Source: Pseudogymnoascus verrucosus (taxonomy: Eukaryota). Taken from it: a stretch of DNA of 64,000 bases. The stretch is from assembly GCA_001662655.1 (NCBI GenBank), contig KV460239.1. One strand, 5' to 3'. A program made the translations under genes and the position numbers. Positions within the stretch are counted from its first letter, which is position 1; the number at the start of each line of letters is the position of its first letter. The notes below the pieces were generated by a model, which was given only the letters and a program-made list of their open reading frames with translations, was not told the DNA's origin and ran no database searches. Of the stretch, positions 11,730 to 23,455 are shown piece by piece.

Positions 11730-12060
11730 ACCATCGTGCCTTCCCAATTGCTTGTAAGACTTACCTTCGTGCCTTCCCTACTACTTGCAGACCATAGCTC
11801 CTGCCTTCTGCCTTCCATATCTCACAGTCGTGCCTTCTCAACAACTTGTAAACAAACCTACAGTAGCACCTACCTTCGTGCCTTCCACATTCCTTACCTT
11901 CGTGCCTTCCTTCCCAGCCACTTGTAAACAAACGTACGGTAGCACTACCTCGCGCCTTCCCTATTTCTCACCCTCGTGCCTTCCCAACTACCTGTAAACA
12001 AACGTATGGTGGCACCTACCTCGCACCTTCCATATCCTCTACCATCGCGCCTTCCCTATC
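11730..12060 (+). repeat. Degenerate tandem repeat (~70-76 bp unit) built from TCGTGCCTTCC sub-repeats and GTAAACAAA
   Basis: GTAAACAAA at 11848, 11924 and 11994, each followed by C(C/G)TA(C/T)..TAGCAC(C)TACCT-like sequence and two TCG(T/C)GCCTTCC-like copies. Confidence 0.85.
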
Positions 12061-12202
12061 ATCATAAACTTCCAATATGTAGTCACCCATCATTCCCCAG
12101 CCTCTCTCACCTCTCACCTCTCCCCTCTCCCATCTCACCTTACCACATCCCATCTACAGAACTATCCCACAACCACACAAACACACCGATTACAAAACTG
12201 CA

Positions 12203-15200
12203 ATGGACCCCAACCCCGACCCCGCATCACACATCCACGCCTCCCGTCAGCGGCCCCACCCGTCCTCCTCCTCCGCATCCTCACCACCATTCACCCTACC
12301 AGCCCCATCATCCGCACTCCCCCCCGTCGACGGCCCCTCCCCCAGCGGCCACAACCGCTCCACCTCCCTCACCTCTCTCAAACGCACATTCTCCAAGATC
12401 CTACCCGCGAACCGAAGTGAGCGGGGTGGTACGCTGCGGGATAGTCAACGGCGGGGCGATGTTGATGAGACAGTTGATGTCAACGATAAAGGAGAGGAGC
12501 CGGGGGAGCAAAGGAGGGTGAAAGGGAAGATTGTAAAAGGGGAGGGAAGAAGATCTCGAAGCTGGAGTCCGCGGAAGGAGGAAGTGATGGGTTCATCCGA
12601 GGTCGAGGGTGTAGCCGAAGCCACCGGACCGGGGAAAGAAGCCGAGAAAGAAAGTGAAAAAGGGGGAAACGCATTCCAGCGCCTCCTCGGCCTCCGCCGC
12701 ACCTCCCTCCCCGCCACCTCCACCCCCGCCCAACCCAGCACCAGCCGCCTCTCCCTCAGACGCCCAAAACCAAAAAAAGCAATCCACTTCGCCTCCCCCC
12801 CCACGCAAATCCCACTCCCCACCCCCCCATCGCGCTCCGGCACGTCAACCCCACCGCTCGACAGCCAGCAGATGTATGACCAAAAGCGGCTCCGTCGCGA
12901 GCAGCGACGCAGCTACCGGAGTAGTGAAGACTACCTCACCATTGCTGGTGCGAATCCACGGACCGGGTACTGGGATGTGAACACCGCTATCGGGTCAACT
13001 AGCAGTTCTGAAGTCGCGGACCGTGCTCGGGCGCGGGAAGCTGAAATAGCAGAGAACCGCCGGCGCCTGGAAGCCGCGAAGCAGGAGCTGCAAGAGGCGC
13101 TGGCGATGCGAGAGGCGGAGGATAGGGAGAGAGACGCCAAAAGGGCGAGGAGGCGGGAGAGGGATGAGGCGCGGAGGAGGGAGAAGAGAGCGAGGGAGGC
13201 GGGGAGGTGGAGGGCGGAAGGGGATGGGTGGAGAATGGTTGCGGAGCCGGGGTTGAGTCCTATTGTTGGGAGTTTGGCGGGGAGTCCGAGGATGGATCGC
13301 ACGCCGGATGATCAGTTGACGGAGATGAGGGTTCCGGAGGAGGTTGTGGATAAGGGGTATTTTGGGGGAGAGGGGAGAGAGGGAAGAGAGAGGGGCAGGT
13401 CTCCGGAGGAGGAGAGGGAGAGGAGGAGGTTGAGTAGGTCGCCTGCTGCGCCGTCGAGGCTGTCTCGTCAGGTGGGTGATACAAATGGGGTGCCTGCTCA
13501 GTCTACGCCGATGAAGAGGAAGGCTCTTCCAAGTGCGAGTAGAGTGGTTAGCGGCGATATTCCACTTTACGTGGCATCATCATCGAGGAAAGGCGGATCA
13601 TCTCGCAAACTCTCCAATGATCGAGTGCCAGAACTCCAATCTGGCCAGCCATCACCTGTTTTGGAAAGGGCGAACCCGGGACGAGCTGCTATATTTCCTA
13701 GTCCGCGAAGACAGCACCATAAGCCGCCATTTATAGATACTGGCCCAGAAACCCCCCTACAGGGACCGAGAAGCCCGGCTATCTCAATGGGGCAAAGTGA
13801 TAATCGCAAAGGAAGTCGTGGCAACGCGTTGCCCAATGAGTCGGTGAGGAGAAGCCCGGATAGACCAAACCGTGACCCTTTTGGCCCTATACCTAGGCGG
13901 CGGCCGGCGAGTCCACCAAAGGCTGTCAATACACCGCCTCTGGATACTCAACCTGCTGTGGAGACACCACGACTGGAAGAGAGTACACCGGTTGGAGAAA
14001 GGGACGTAGAGCCAGAGGTATTGCGTACTGAACAGCAACCTCATGCTGTAGCTTCAAGCGGAGTCGAAGCAGAAAACCGTGAGCTCGAAGGATCAAATGA
14101 TACGATTGTGCGCCACAGCATTGCTGAAGCTCTACCAGGGGCACTTCCAGTGGATGATCGCCAGCGTGTACCGAGTGACGCACGTAAAGATCTCAACGAG
14201 AGAGACTCCCAAATCAACTCCGAACAGAGTCCTTTTTTAGGCATTCGGCCAGAAGGCCAACCCGAAGAACCAGCTACAGCGATCTCATCCCAGTCAGCTT
14301 CGACGAGTCCAGCCCTGACCCCCCACCAGTCGCACCAAAGCCTGAAGGATACAGACCAGGGCAAGCGTATCAAGCACATCGCGTCGATGAACGAACTCCC
14401 GCCGTTCGTGCTGAAGCACCCAGTGACGGGAACATCGTTGCCGATCGCCCCGTCGAGCCCAAAGATTCTGGAAGAGGTGACGAACAGGAGCTCCAAGGAG
14501 ATAATAGGGGGAGACATGAAGGTAGCGTCCATCACCACCACCACCACTATCACACCCACTACTGGGCCCGGTCCGACTCCGCCCCCGCTAGATCAAATGG
14601 ACGGAAGCTTCGACCCGAGGCCTTCACCCAAGAGACGGCCAATGCCATTGAGCAGGATCCCAGCACCCCAGGTGTCACCCCAGAGCGCACGAAACCACCT
14701 TCCGAGCGGTCTCTCCCCACGGCAGGCAACAGGGAGCGCTACATCATTGGCGGGGGAAGTGGGAGCGACACTGACGAAGCGTCGTATTCCAAGGTGGTAT
14801 CAGAAACTCTTGCCCGGGTTCGGAAGAGAGGTCGAGAAGAGCACACACACATCCACATCTACGTCCCCCAGCCAGCCGCCCACGAGCCCAAGGTATCATA
14901 TGGGCGATCCGGGGGGGCATCCAGGAGCGCAGAACGCGGCGAGGGTGGCGCTCCTGAACGGGGCCCAGGCGCCGAGTCTAGATCGAGGAGTGCAGGGGCA
15001 AAGAGCCGGAGCCGGAGTCGGAGCCCTTGGGGCAGGTCCAGGGGGAGGAAACGTGGGGATGAGTAGGTTGGGGAGTCCTGTGAGGATTGAACGGGGTGAT
15101 AAGCTGGTTGTATGGCATGCTGCGCCGGTGGTTGGACCAAGGAGAAGAAATGATATTGCGGGAGGAGGTGAGAATAAACACGTGGGCACCGTAACCCCCA

Positions 15201-15526
15201 ACGCCTCCTCGAAACAAAAAAGAGACGCCTCTCAGCCAGGCGGAGCGACGTTGCAGCAGGTCCTCATCGTCCTCCTATCGACGGGTCGATATCTGATACT
15301 GGCAGCGTGGTGCTTCGTGGAGCCGGTCTTTGATCCGAGATCGGCCCTTCGCGCGCGCTGGGAGAGACAGGAGATGACATGGCGCGATGGCGTCGTGGTG
15401 GTCGGGGCGGGAGTGTTTGGGGCCGCGGCGCTACTGGCGGCTGTGCTTGGGGTGAGGGTCGTGGGGGGAGTGGTGAGAGTTGTTGGGGTGCTGGGGAGGG
15501 GATGTAGGTTTTTGCTGGGGGGGTAG
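12203..15526 (+). CDS. Uncharacterised 1107-aa protein: mostly disordered, with a coiled coil and C-terminal hydrophobic helices
   Basis: 3.3-kb stop-free ORF; motif islands RRSYRSSEDYLTIAGANPRTG and WCFVEPVFDPRSALRARWERQEMTWRD followed by a hydrophobic tail. Confidence 0.8.
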   Translation: MDPNPDPASHIHASRQRPHPSSSSASSPPFTLPAPSSALPPVDGPSPSGHNRSTSLTSLKRTFSKILPANRSERGGTLRDSQRRGDVDETVDVNDKGEEPGEQRRVKGKIVKGEGRRSRSWSPRKEEVMGSSEVEGVAEATGPGKEAEKESEKGGNAFQRLLGLRRTSLPATSTPAQPSTSRLSLRRPKPKKAIHFASPPTQIPLPTPPSRSGTSTPPLDSQQMYDQKRLRREQRRSYRSSEDYLTIAGANPRTGYWDVNTAIGSTSSSEVADRARAREAEIAENRRRLEAAKQELQEALAMREAEDRERDAKRARRRERDEARRREKRAREAGRWRAEGDGWRMVAEPGLSPIVGSLAGSPRMDRTPDDQLTEMRVPEEVVDKGYFGGEGREGRERGRSPEEERERRRLSRSPAAPSRLSRQVGDTNGVPAQSTPMKRKALPSASRVVSGDIPLYVASSSRKGGSSRKLSNDRVPELQSGQPSPVLERANPGRAAIFPSPRRQHHKPPFIDTGPETPLQGPRSPAISMGQSDNRKGSRGNALPNESVRRSPDRPNRDPFGPIPRRRPASPPKAVNTPPLDTQPAVETPRLEESTPVGERDVEPEVLRTEQQPHAVASSGVEAENRELEGSNDTIVRHSIAEALPGALPVDDRQRVPSDARKDLNERDSQINSEQSPFLGIRPEGQPEEPATAISSQSASTSPALTPHQSHQSLKDTDQGKRIKHIASMNELPPFVLKHPVTGTSLPIAPSSPKILEEVTNRSSKEIIGGDMKVASITTTTTITPTTGPGPTPPPLDQMDGSFDPRPSPKRRPMPLSRIPAPQVSPQSARNHLPSGLSPRQATGSATSLAGEVGATLTKRRIPRWYQKLLPGFGREVEKSTHTSTSTSPSQPPTSPRYHMGDPGGHPGAQNAARVALLNGAQAPSLDRGVQGQRAGAGVGALGAGPGGGNVGMSRLGSPVRIERGDKLVVWHAAPVVGPRRRNDIAGGGENKHVGTVTPNASSKQKRDASQPGGATLQQVLIVLLSTGRYLILAAWCFVEPVFDPRSALRARWERQEMTWRDGVVVVGAGVFGAAALLAAVLGVRVVGGVVRVVGVLGRGCRFLLGG

Positions 15527-16120
15527 GGGGGGAGGTCCTGCTGTGGTGTGTGCTGTAGTGTGGTAATCATGGGGTGGTGATGGAGTTGGGAAGTAGGAAA
15601 GGCAAGCTGGGAAGAGCTGCATGCATGCATGATGCGTTATGCGTGATGCTGCGGTGTGTTGCGCCACTGGAACGCGGATTTTTTGGGGGTGGGATCGTCG
15701 CTGGTTTTGTTGGAGAATGGGGGGAGGAGCTGTGGGATGATGTCGTGCCCTTCGGTTGGATGCAGCTGGGCTGTTTGGGGTAGTTGGTGCAGTTGGTGAG
15801 GTGGATTGGGAAGAGGAGGGGAGGAAGATAGGAAGGGAGATGTGATGTTGTGGAGTGCTGTATATTGGATTGGAGTATGGATATGGGTATAGAGCTGAGT
15901 TGTGTATTGATATGGGTAGAGGAGAGGAGAGAAGGGGGAGGAGAAGGGAAGGAGAGGATAGGAGGAGCAGAGGATAGGGTTCACTTACATATGAATGGGG
16001 GGGTTTTGATAGGAATAAAAAAGGATATATTTATATAGTAGCTTGCAGGGTGCAATGGAGTGCAACCCATTGCATTACTATAATATCTCTTCTCTGATCA
16101 GCTGTATAGAGGAGGCTCCA

Positions 16121-16181
16121 TTGAAGCTGCTGAAGCTGCTGAAGCTGCTGAAGCCATTGAAGCTGAATAAGCATTGAAGCT
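16121..16181 (+). repeat. 9-bp minisatellite (TGAAGCTGC)n, degenerating at the 3' end
   Basis: TGAAGCTGC TGAAGCTGC TGAAGCTGC TGAAGCCAT TGAAGCTGA... read directly. Confidence 0.8.
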
Positions 16182-16403
16182 ATCCCGGCTATTCAAGGCC
16201 TTCATCTCGGGATATCTTCATATCTTCCCCTCCGATGTCATCCTTTTTGATGCTGTTCGGTGCTGCTCTGTCCTCGGCGTTGTTCCCAAAACCCACCCCG
16301 CACTCCGCAATACGCACCTATTATACTGTAAGTTGCAGCACTGAACTCCATAATTGTTACTGTACCTTCTGTTTGGACTCTAGTATCGTACGACTAGACC
16401 AGC

Positions 16404-16633
16404 TGACTCATCAGCCGTAAACGTAAACGAGCTCCATTTCAGTCTAGAGTCACAAGAAAGTCCCGTGCTATTTTACGACTGTTGGTCCAAAAAAGACCAA
16501 AAAGACAAATACAACCCCTCTGATTGGTCAATTCACCCTAAAAAGAGTCACAAGGGTACAAGAGTACAACACTAACCCCAACCCCAACGCTACCTCCGAT
16601 CGCTCCGATCCCTTCTGTGTCTCCGATTATCGG
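16404..16633 (+). promoter_or_regulatory. LEU1 promoter: Gcn4/CpcA-type sites and a Leu3/LeuB-type everted CCG repeat
   Basis: TGACTCAT 16404-16411, GAGTCA 16447 and 16545, ATTGG 16523, CCG-ATTAT-CGG 16623-16633, all upstream of a leucine-biosynthesis gene. Confidence 0.6.
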
Positions 16634-16898
16634 CCACTTATCGCCCTCTCCACTGGATTGGAACACCCATAGCTCCAGCTAAAACCAAACAATTATATCA
16701 CTCCCCGCGTCCACCTGCTTACTTCTCTTCTTCCTTCAACATCAAAAGAATATCTCCTCCTCTTACTATATATCCTCAACTCAAGAAGCTGAAGTCTGCT
16801 TTTGAGTCCTCTTCTGTCGTTCTCTGAGATATTCCAACCTTTTTATCATCTTATAAATAATATACCCCTCTACGACGAACTCGCTTCCCACCACCACT

Positions 16899-19455
16899 AT
16901 GCCTGTCGCCGAGGGTGCCCCGCGTACGTTGTACGATAAGGTCTTCCAGGACCATATTGTTGATGAGAGACTCGATGGCACAATCCTCCTCTATATTGGT
17001 AAGTGCCTCACTCATTATTATCATCTTGATATGATACCCCCCCAAAAAATGAATTGCATTCTGACTTTCTCTCCCAGACAGACATTTAGTCCACGAAGTC
17101 ACCTCACCTGTACGATTTTGCCCCTAGACCGGCATTTTTGCCCCACACTTTGCTAACGGCGACGCAGCAAGCTTTTGAGGGATTAGAGAAGGCTGGCAGG
17201 AAAGTCCGAAGGCCGGACTGCACTTTGGCCACAACCGATCACGTACGTTAAGCCGCCTCCCCCACTCACGCCGTCATCATCGGCTTCAATCGGACCCAAA
17301 ATGCTAACATGTGCCCTAACAGAATGTCCCCACCACCTCCCGCAAGAACCTCAAGAACATCGAGACCTTCGTCGAGGAGGAGGACTCAAGACTCCAATGC
17401 ATGACGCTCGAGGAGAACGTCAAGAAATTCGGCATCACATACTTCGGCCTCGCCGATAAGCGCCAGGGCATCGTTCACATCATCGGCCCCGAGCAAGGCT
17501 TCACCCTCCCCGGCACCACCGTCGTCTGCGGCGACTCCCACACCTCCACACATGGCGCCTTTGGCGCCCTCGCCTTCGGCATCGGCACGTCTGAGGTCGA
17601 GCACGTCCTCGCCACACAGACCATCATCACCAAGCGCTCCAAGAACATGAGGATACAAGTCGACGGCGAGCTCGCCCCCGGCGTGAGCTCCAAGGACGTC
17701 GTGTTGTACGCCATCGGCAAGGTCGGCACCGCTGGCGGAACTGGCGCTGTTATTGAGTTCTGCGGCTCTGTCATCCGCGGCCTCAGCATGGAGGCTCGTA
17801 TGTCCATGTGCAACATGTCCATCGAGGCCGGTGCGCGCGCCGGCATGGTCGCCCCCGACGAGATCACCTTCGAGTACCTCAAGGGCCGCCCATTGGCACC
17901 GAAACCCGGAACCGACGAGTGGGACCAGGCCATCAAGTACTGGACCAGCCTCAAGACCGACGAGGGCGCCAAGTTTGACGTCGACGTCCGGATCGATGCC
18001 GCTGACATCTCACCCACGATCACCTGGGGAACCAGCCCCGAGGACGTCGTCCCCATCACCGGTTCCGTCCCCGACCCCGAGACCTTCGCCTCGGAGACTA
18101 AGAAAGCCCAAGGCCGTCGCATGCTCGAGTACATGGGCCTCACCGCAGGCACCAAAATGGAAGACATCGAAGTCGACAAAGTCTTCATCGGGTCCTGCAC
18201 CAACTCCCGCATCGAGGATCTCCGCGTCGCCGCACAGGTAGTCAAGGGCCGCAGGGTCGCTCCAAACATCAAGCGCGCCATGGTCGTCCCCGGCTCGGGC
18301 CTCATCAAAGACCAAGCCGAGGCCGAGGGTCTCGATAAGATCTTCCTCGACGCAGGCTTCGAGTTCCGCGAAGCAGGATGCAGTATGTGTCTCGGCATGA
18401 ACCCCGACATCCTCTCCCCCCAAGAACGCTGCGCCTCGACCTCGAACCGCAATTTCGAAGGCCGCCAAGGAGCAGGAGGCCGAACCCACCTCATGTCCCC
18501 CGCCATGGCCGCCGCGGCCGCCATATCCGGCAAGCTCGCCGACGTGCGCAAGTACGCCCGTCCACCCTCCCCCCTCCCGCTCGACACCCCTAAACTCGCC
18601 GCACACACCCCTGAGCCCCCCTCGGGCAAGGCACACATCGACGAGCGCGTCTTGACCGACGACGAGGAGAAAGAGGCTATTGGGGATCAACCCCAGGACA
18701 GCGGGCCGCAGGTAAACACCACATCCCCCGGCTCTGCCGCAGCGGGCTTTCCCAAATTCACAACACACCGCGGCATCGCTGCCCCGATGGAGTTGGCGAA
18801 TATCGACACCGACGCCATTATCCCCAAACAGTTCCTCAAGACCATCAAGCGCACCGGCCTCGGCAGCGCCTTGTTCTACGCATGGCGCTACCTCTCCGCC
18901 GGCGTCGAGAACCCAGAATTCGTGCTCAACAAGCAGCCGTACCGCGATGCTAAGATTTTGGTGGTTACTGGGGAGAACTTCGGGTGTGGATCTAGCAGAG
19001 AACATGCGCCGTGGGCGTTGCTCGATTTCGGGATTAAATGCGTGATCGCCCCCTCCTTCGCGGATATCTTCTTCAACAACACCTTCAAGAACGGTATGCT
19101 CCCCATCGCCATCTCGAACCCCGCCGACCTCTCCGCCATCGCTGCTGAGGCGCGCGCGGGGCGCGAGATCGAGGTCGATTTACCCGCCCAGGAGATTAAG
19201 AATGAGAAGGGTGAGAAGATCTGCAGTTTCGATGTTGAGGAGTTCAGGAAACACTGCTTGGTGGAGGGGTTGGATGATATAGGACTTACGATGATGATGG
19301 ATGAGCGCATTTCGGCGTTTGAGAAGAAGATGACCGAGCAGACGCCGTGGTTGGATGGACGCGGGTATCTTAAGAGGGGCGGGAAGGTGGTGGGTGCTGT
19401 GAAGGTGCCGACGACTAATAGGGGGGAGGTGTTGAAGGAGCCTTTGGAGTGGTAA
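16899..19455 (+). CDS. LEU1: 3-isopropylmalate dehydratase (fused LeuC+LeuD); exons 16899-16998, 17078-17109, 17168-17242, 17323-19455
   Basis: [93 protein letters not shown]. Confidence 0.98.
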
Positions 19456-19839
19456 ACTTCTCCAGGAGGGAGGTGGAGTTGTGCTTGTTGCTGAAGCGTT
19501 GAAGAAGGAGGAGGGGCTGGGGGTGTTGCTTATTGCTAGGAAGCTTGTTGCTCGAAATGGAAGGGGGTGGGAAAAGGGGGAATGGAATGGGGAAATGGCT
19601 CGAAGAAAAATTCGAAGCATGTGCGCTACTTTACTCGCGACTACGATACCGTTGTTTTGCTATGCAATTAATAGCTATCTACACATCACATATCCACACT
19701 TTCCCTCGTGACACTGTATGTGAGCTTGTTGATTAATTACCCCTATCCCCCTATCCCCCTATCCACTTCCCCAATTCCTGGTGCTATTAACGGTAAATAC
19801 ATATATCTACACTCCCCTCCCCCATTCCATCACTCTCCC

Positions 19840-21612
19840 CTAAACACCCCTCCGCCTAACCCGTTCCCTCTCCTCAGCAACCTCCCTCGCCGCCGCCTGC
19901 GCCCCATTCCTCGGTGCACCTTCGCGCGTGCGCGAGATATCATACATACTACTCGCCTTCTTGAGCGGGCTGTGGGCGTGGCTATACACCCCTAGACTGC
20001 CTCCATCGCCTCCTCCTTGTCTTCTCCCCCCCTCCTCCCTTCTCATACCAGACTCAGACACCCTGCTCCTACTCCTAACCGCCTCATCACCGGACCCAGA
20101 ATTCGAGGGGACGCGGGAGAGACCGCTAGAAGTGGCTCTTGCGACGGCGCGGCGGAGAATTTCATCTTCTCCACCCGAACCCGTGGGGCCTTCGGAAGCG
20201 ATTCGTCCTCCCATACTAGCCCTATACTGCGGTTGTTGTCTCTGCCCCCCCGCCCCAGGCGTACGTAACGGCGTACTTTCGCGGCGCTGGAACTGCGGTT
20301 GCTGGAACTGCTGCGGTTGCGCGAACCCCCCCTGCTGCAGCAGCTGCTGTGCCGAGGAAGAAGGAGGTTGTGCGACTTGATACCCTATCTGCGCTGCTGG
20401 CGTCCTCGGCGTCTGTGGTGTCCCGAAGGGGGGGATGGAGTCGGGGAGAGAATTCCGATTCGGCACCGCAGAGGGTGCGTGCGGGCTTATGTGCGCGGCG
20501 TAGTTGGGGTTGGGGTTTATTTTGAAGCCGCGGCGGAGGATGGTTGTTGGGGCGTGTGTGGTGACCTCCTCTGCTGTTATCGAGATCGTCGATGCATCTG
20601 GGTCGAATTCTGGCGCTGCGTCTGTGCCCGTGGAAGTCGAGGTGGTGGTGGGAGGCGGAGGAGAGACAGAGGTGGAGATTTGTGTACCGACATCCCTTAC
20701 CACGGGGTGAAGTGTAGGATGCACGAATTTCGTATCATACTCATTCAACACCTCCTTCTGAATAACCCTCCCATCCCTCTCCTTCTGCTGAAACCCCCTC
20801 ACCAGCACCCCCATCTGCACACTCAACAACCCCTGCAACACCAACGCCGTCACGACCGTGAGACTCGCCCTCTCCCCCCCCCCTACGGGGAGTAACATCC
20901 AATAAACCACCGCATGCCCGGGCGAGAATAACGTGTAAACCTCTAGTGCCAACGGCAACGGGTCCCAGACAGCGATCTCCCACACGTCGATTGTGGGATC
21001 GGGGTGGGCGCGGGAGGAGGCGGGGGAGGGGAGGAGGTGCGATAGGAGACGCATGGGAGAGGAGGAGGGGGGGGAGGAGACGCGGACGAGGGAGGCGGAG
21101 GGGGTGGTGGGGGCGGCGGAGAGGGGGGTTTCGAAGAGTCGGTAGTGCCGTTTGCGGAGGAAGGTGTAGGTTGCGTTTGTGAGGGTGAGGAGGGTTAGGA
21201 GGGTTGTGAGGCTGCGGGCCTGTTTCTCTGTGTTAGTATTTATTCATTCGTCTGTCCATTCGTTCGTTCATTCTTCTCCCCTTCCCTTCTCTTTCTTTCT
21301 CAACCACTTCCTCGACGTTTGTGACTCCGGTATAACAGCTAAAAAAGAAGAACAACTCACAAGCCACCCAACCCACCCCCCTCCCCCCCCCCCATCCCCA
21401 AAAACATCATCCTCCCTCCCCCTCCCCTTCCCACTATTCGCCCTCGCCAACAGCAACGCAAAATTCAACCCCATCCCCAACGCCCTCCCAAAAGCAGCCG
21501 TATCCAATTCGCTCGTCTCCAGCTCCTCCGATACATACAACAAAAAGTCGAGAGGGTTGAGGTAGGCCTTTAGTCGCTCGCTGAGGGGCTTGCGGCGGAC
21601 GAGGCGCGGCAT
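19840..21612 (-). CDS. Nuclear rim protein 1 / Mug154-like protein; exons 21612-21361, 21219-19840
   Basis: MPRLVRRKPLSERLKAYLNPLDFLLYVSEELET, N-terminal TM segments, RKRHYRLFE, VWEIAVWDP, FSPGH, KEVLNEYDTKFVHP; phase-0 intron keeps the frame. Confidence 0.85.
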
Positions 21613-21951
21613 TTTGAGGGTGTGTGTTAGGGGGTTAGTGGCGCATTGCCGTGTGATGGAGTCGAGATGGTGAGGTGCTGGTAAGTTGGGCGTTGATGTC
21701 GAGGGCGTGGCGATGGCGTGGTGAGAGTTGTCGATTTCTTTGTTTACAAAGTCCGGTTGATGAGGTGAGTGCTCCAGCTCCACTCCTCGCTAGCTGCACT
21801 GGCGGGATAAGCCTGTCCGTCCCCCATCGATAAGGCTAGCGCCGCGTGGGAACCACCGCCGCCAGCCAGCCAAGCTTGTGTGTGCAACACCTCAAGCTAC
21901 GAGGTTGAGTTGGAACATCGCAACAGCGCTGTTGCATTAACAACGTACAAG

Positions 21952-22693
21952 ATGTCCGCCGCCGCTGCTGCTGCGCATAAGGATCGGGAGTTTTTGGCTG
22001 TTATCGGGGATGAGGTTTGTCTCTTCCCTCCTTCCCTTCCCCGAACCCCCCTCCCTCTTCACCCCCAGGGAACCGTGGATAGTTGGCTAACTGGTGATAG
22101 GACTCAGTAACCGGACTACTCCTCGCAGGAGTCGGAGTACGTTTATCTCCCCCCCGTCGACGAAAGTAGAAGAAGGCGGTTTACTAATTGGCAAACCGCA
22201 ACAGCACGTCACGCCCGCGCCAGACTCACAGAAGAACTTCCTCGTCGTAGACGCCAAGACCGAGACAGCGGATATCGAGGCTGCATTCCAGAGGTTCACG
22301 ACGGAGAGGAAGGATATTGGGATTTTGTTGATTAATCAGCATGTATGTTTTCCCTTTTGACCCTGGTATTTCTATTTCGACGTTGGCCGGACTCTGGAAT
22401 CGATAGAGATATGGAGGGAGACGATACGATGGGATGGGATTGGATGGGTTGGGATGATGGGATACGATGGGACAATGGGATACGACGGAGGGATAGGCTG
22501 GATGGTGAGAAAGATCTATGGCAGGACTGGACTAATGCATGGATATCTACAGGTCGCAGAACGCATCCGCCACCGCGTCGACACCTACACAGCCGCCTTC
22601 CCCGCCGTCCTCGAGATCCCGAGTAAAGAGCACCCCTACGACCCCGAGAAGGACAGCGTGTTGAGGAGGGTGAGGAGGTTGTTTGGGGAGTAG
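21952..22693 (+). CDS. VMA7: V-type ATPase subunit F; exons 21952-22014, 22101-22136, 22205-22342, 22553-22693
   Basis: [67 protein letters not shown]. Confidence 0.97.
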
Positions 22694-23455
22694 AGTAGAT
22701 GGGTTCTACATTTCCTCTGCTGCTTCTTTACTATGCGGGTGAGGGGGTAGAGGAAGAGGGGAGAGGGGGGGAGATACAAGTGGATAGTGGTGGGAGAGGG
22801 GAGGGGGGAGGAAGAGGGGTTAGAACAGGCTGGGGGAGGGAAGGAGGGGGATAGAAGGGGTAGAAGTGGATGGGAGATGGAGGAGGATAGAAGTGGATAG
22901 GGGCATGGAGGGGCGTTTACTGTACTGTTATATGAAGCAAGGAATGGATGGTTTAAACCTGCTTTTAAGGGGTTACGACTGGTTGTGGGTGTACCTGCAT
23001 CCGAAGCAAGGCGGACGTCCAAGCAAGGTGATGCCTAGTTCCGAGAGGGGTTTGGTTGAGCTTGGTTATGATGAGTGAGCAGCCGTTCCTGCATACCTGC
23101 CCACAACTCACTACACCGATCCCAACCCCCCATATCTCACTCACTCACTCACTCCAACTCCAACTCTCACACAGCTTCACAATCTACCAGCCTCACAATC
23201 AACCAGCAAACCCACACCCACACCCACACCCACACTCAAAACGCATCAATGCAAAATGCCATTGTCCTAATCAAATCATGCCAAAAACGCTACCTATGCC
23301 AACAAACCAACAGTCGCGCCGCAAACACCAAAAATCCCAGAGTCTCTCTATCTGTCTGTGTCTGTATCGTGTGTGAAAAGAAGTCCATCCATCATCGTCG
23401 TCGTCGTGTCGCCCGCTTGTGTGCTCCAAATCCTAGAAACTCCCTGTGAGGGGAT

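Noticed and set aside
19453..19500. Cryptic peroxisomal isoforms by stop-codon read-through (checked LEU1, GDI1, SDR, TDA10-like, acyl-CoA synthetase, FOX2)
   Set aside because: None has the TGA-CTA read-through context or an evident PTS1 at the next stop.
22425..22505. GGGAT/GATAC repeats in VMA7 intron 3
   Set aside because: Simple slippage repeat that lengthens the intron; no nested splice or snoRNA signals seen.
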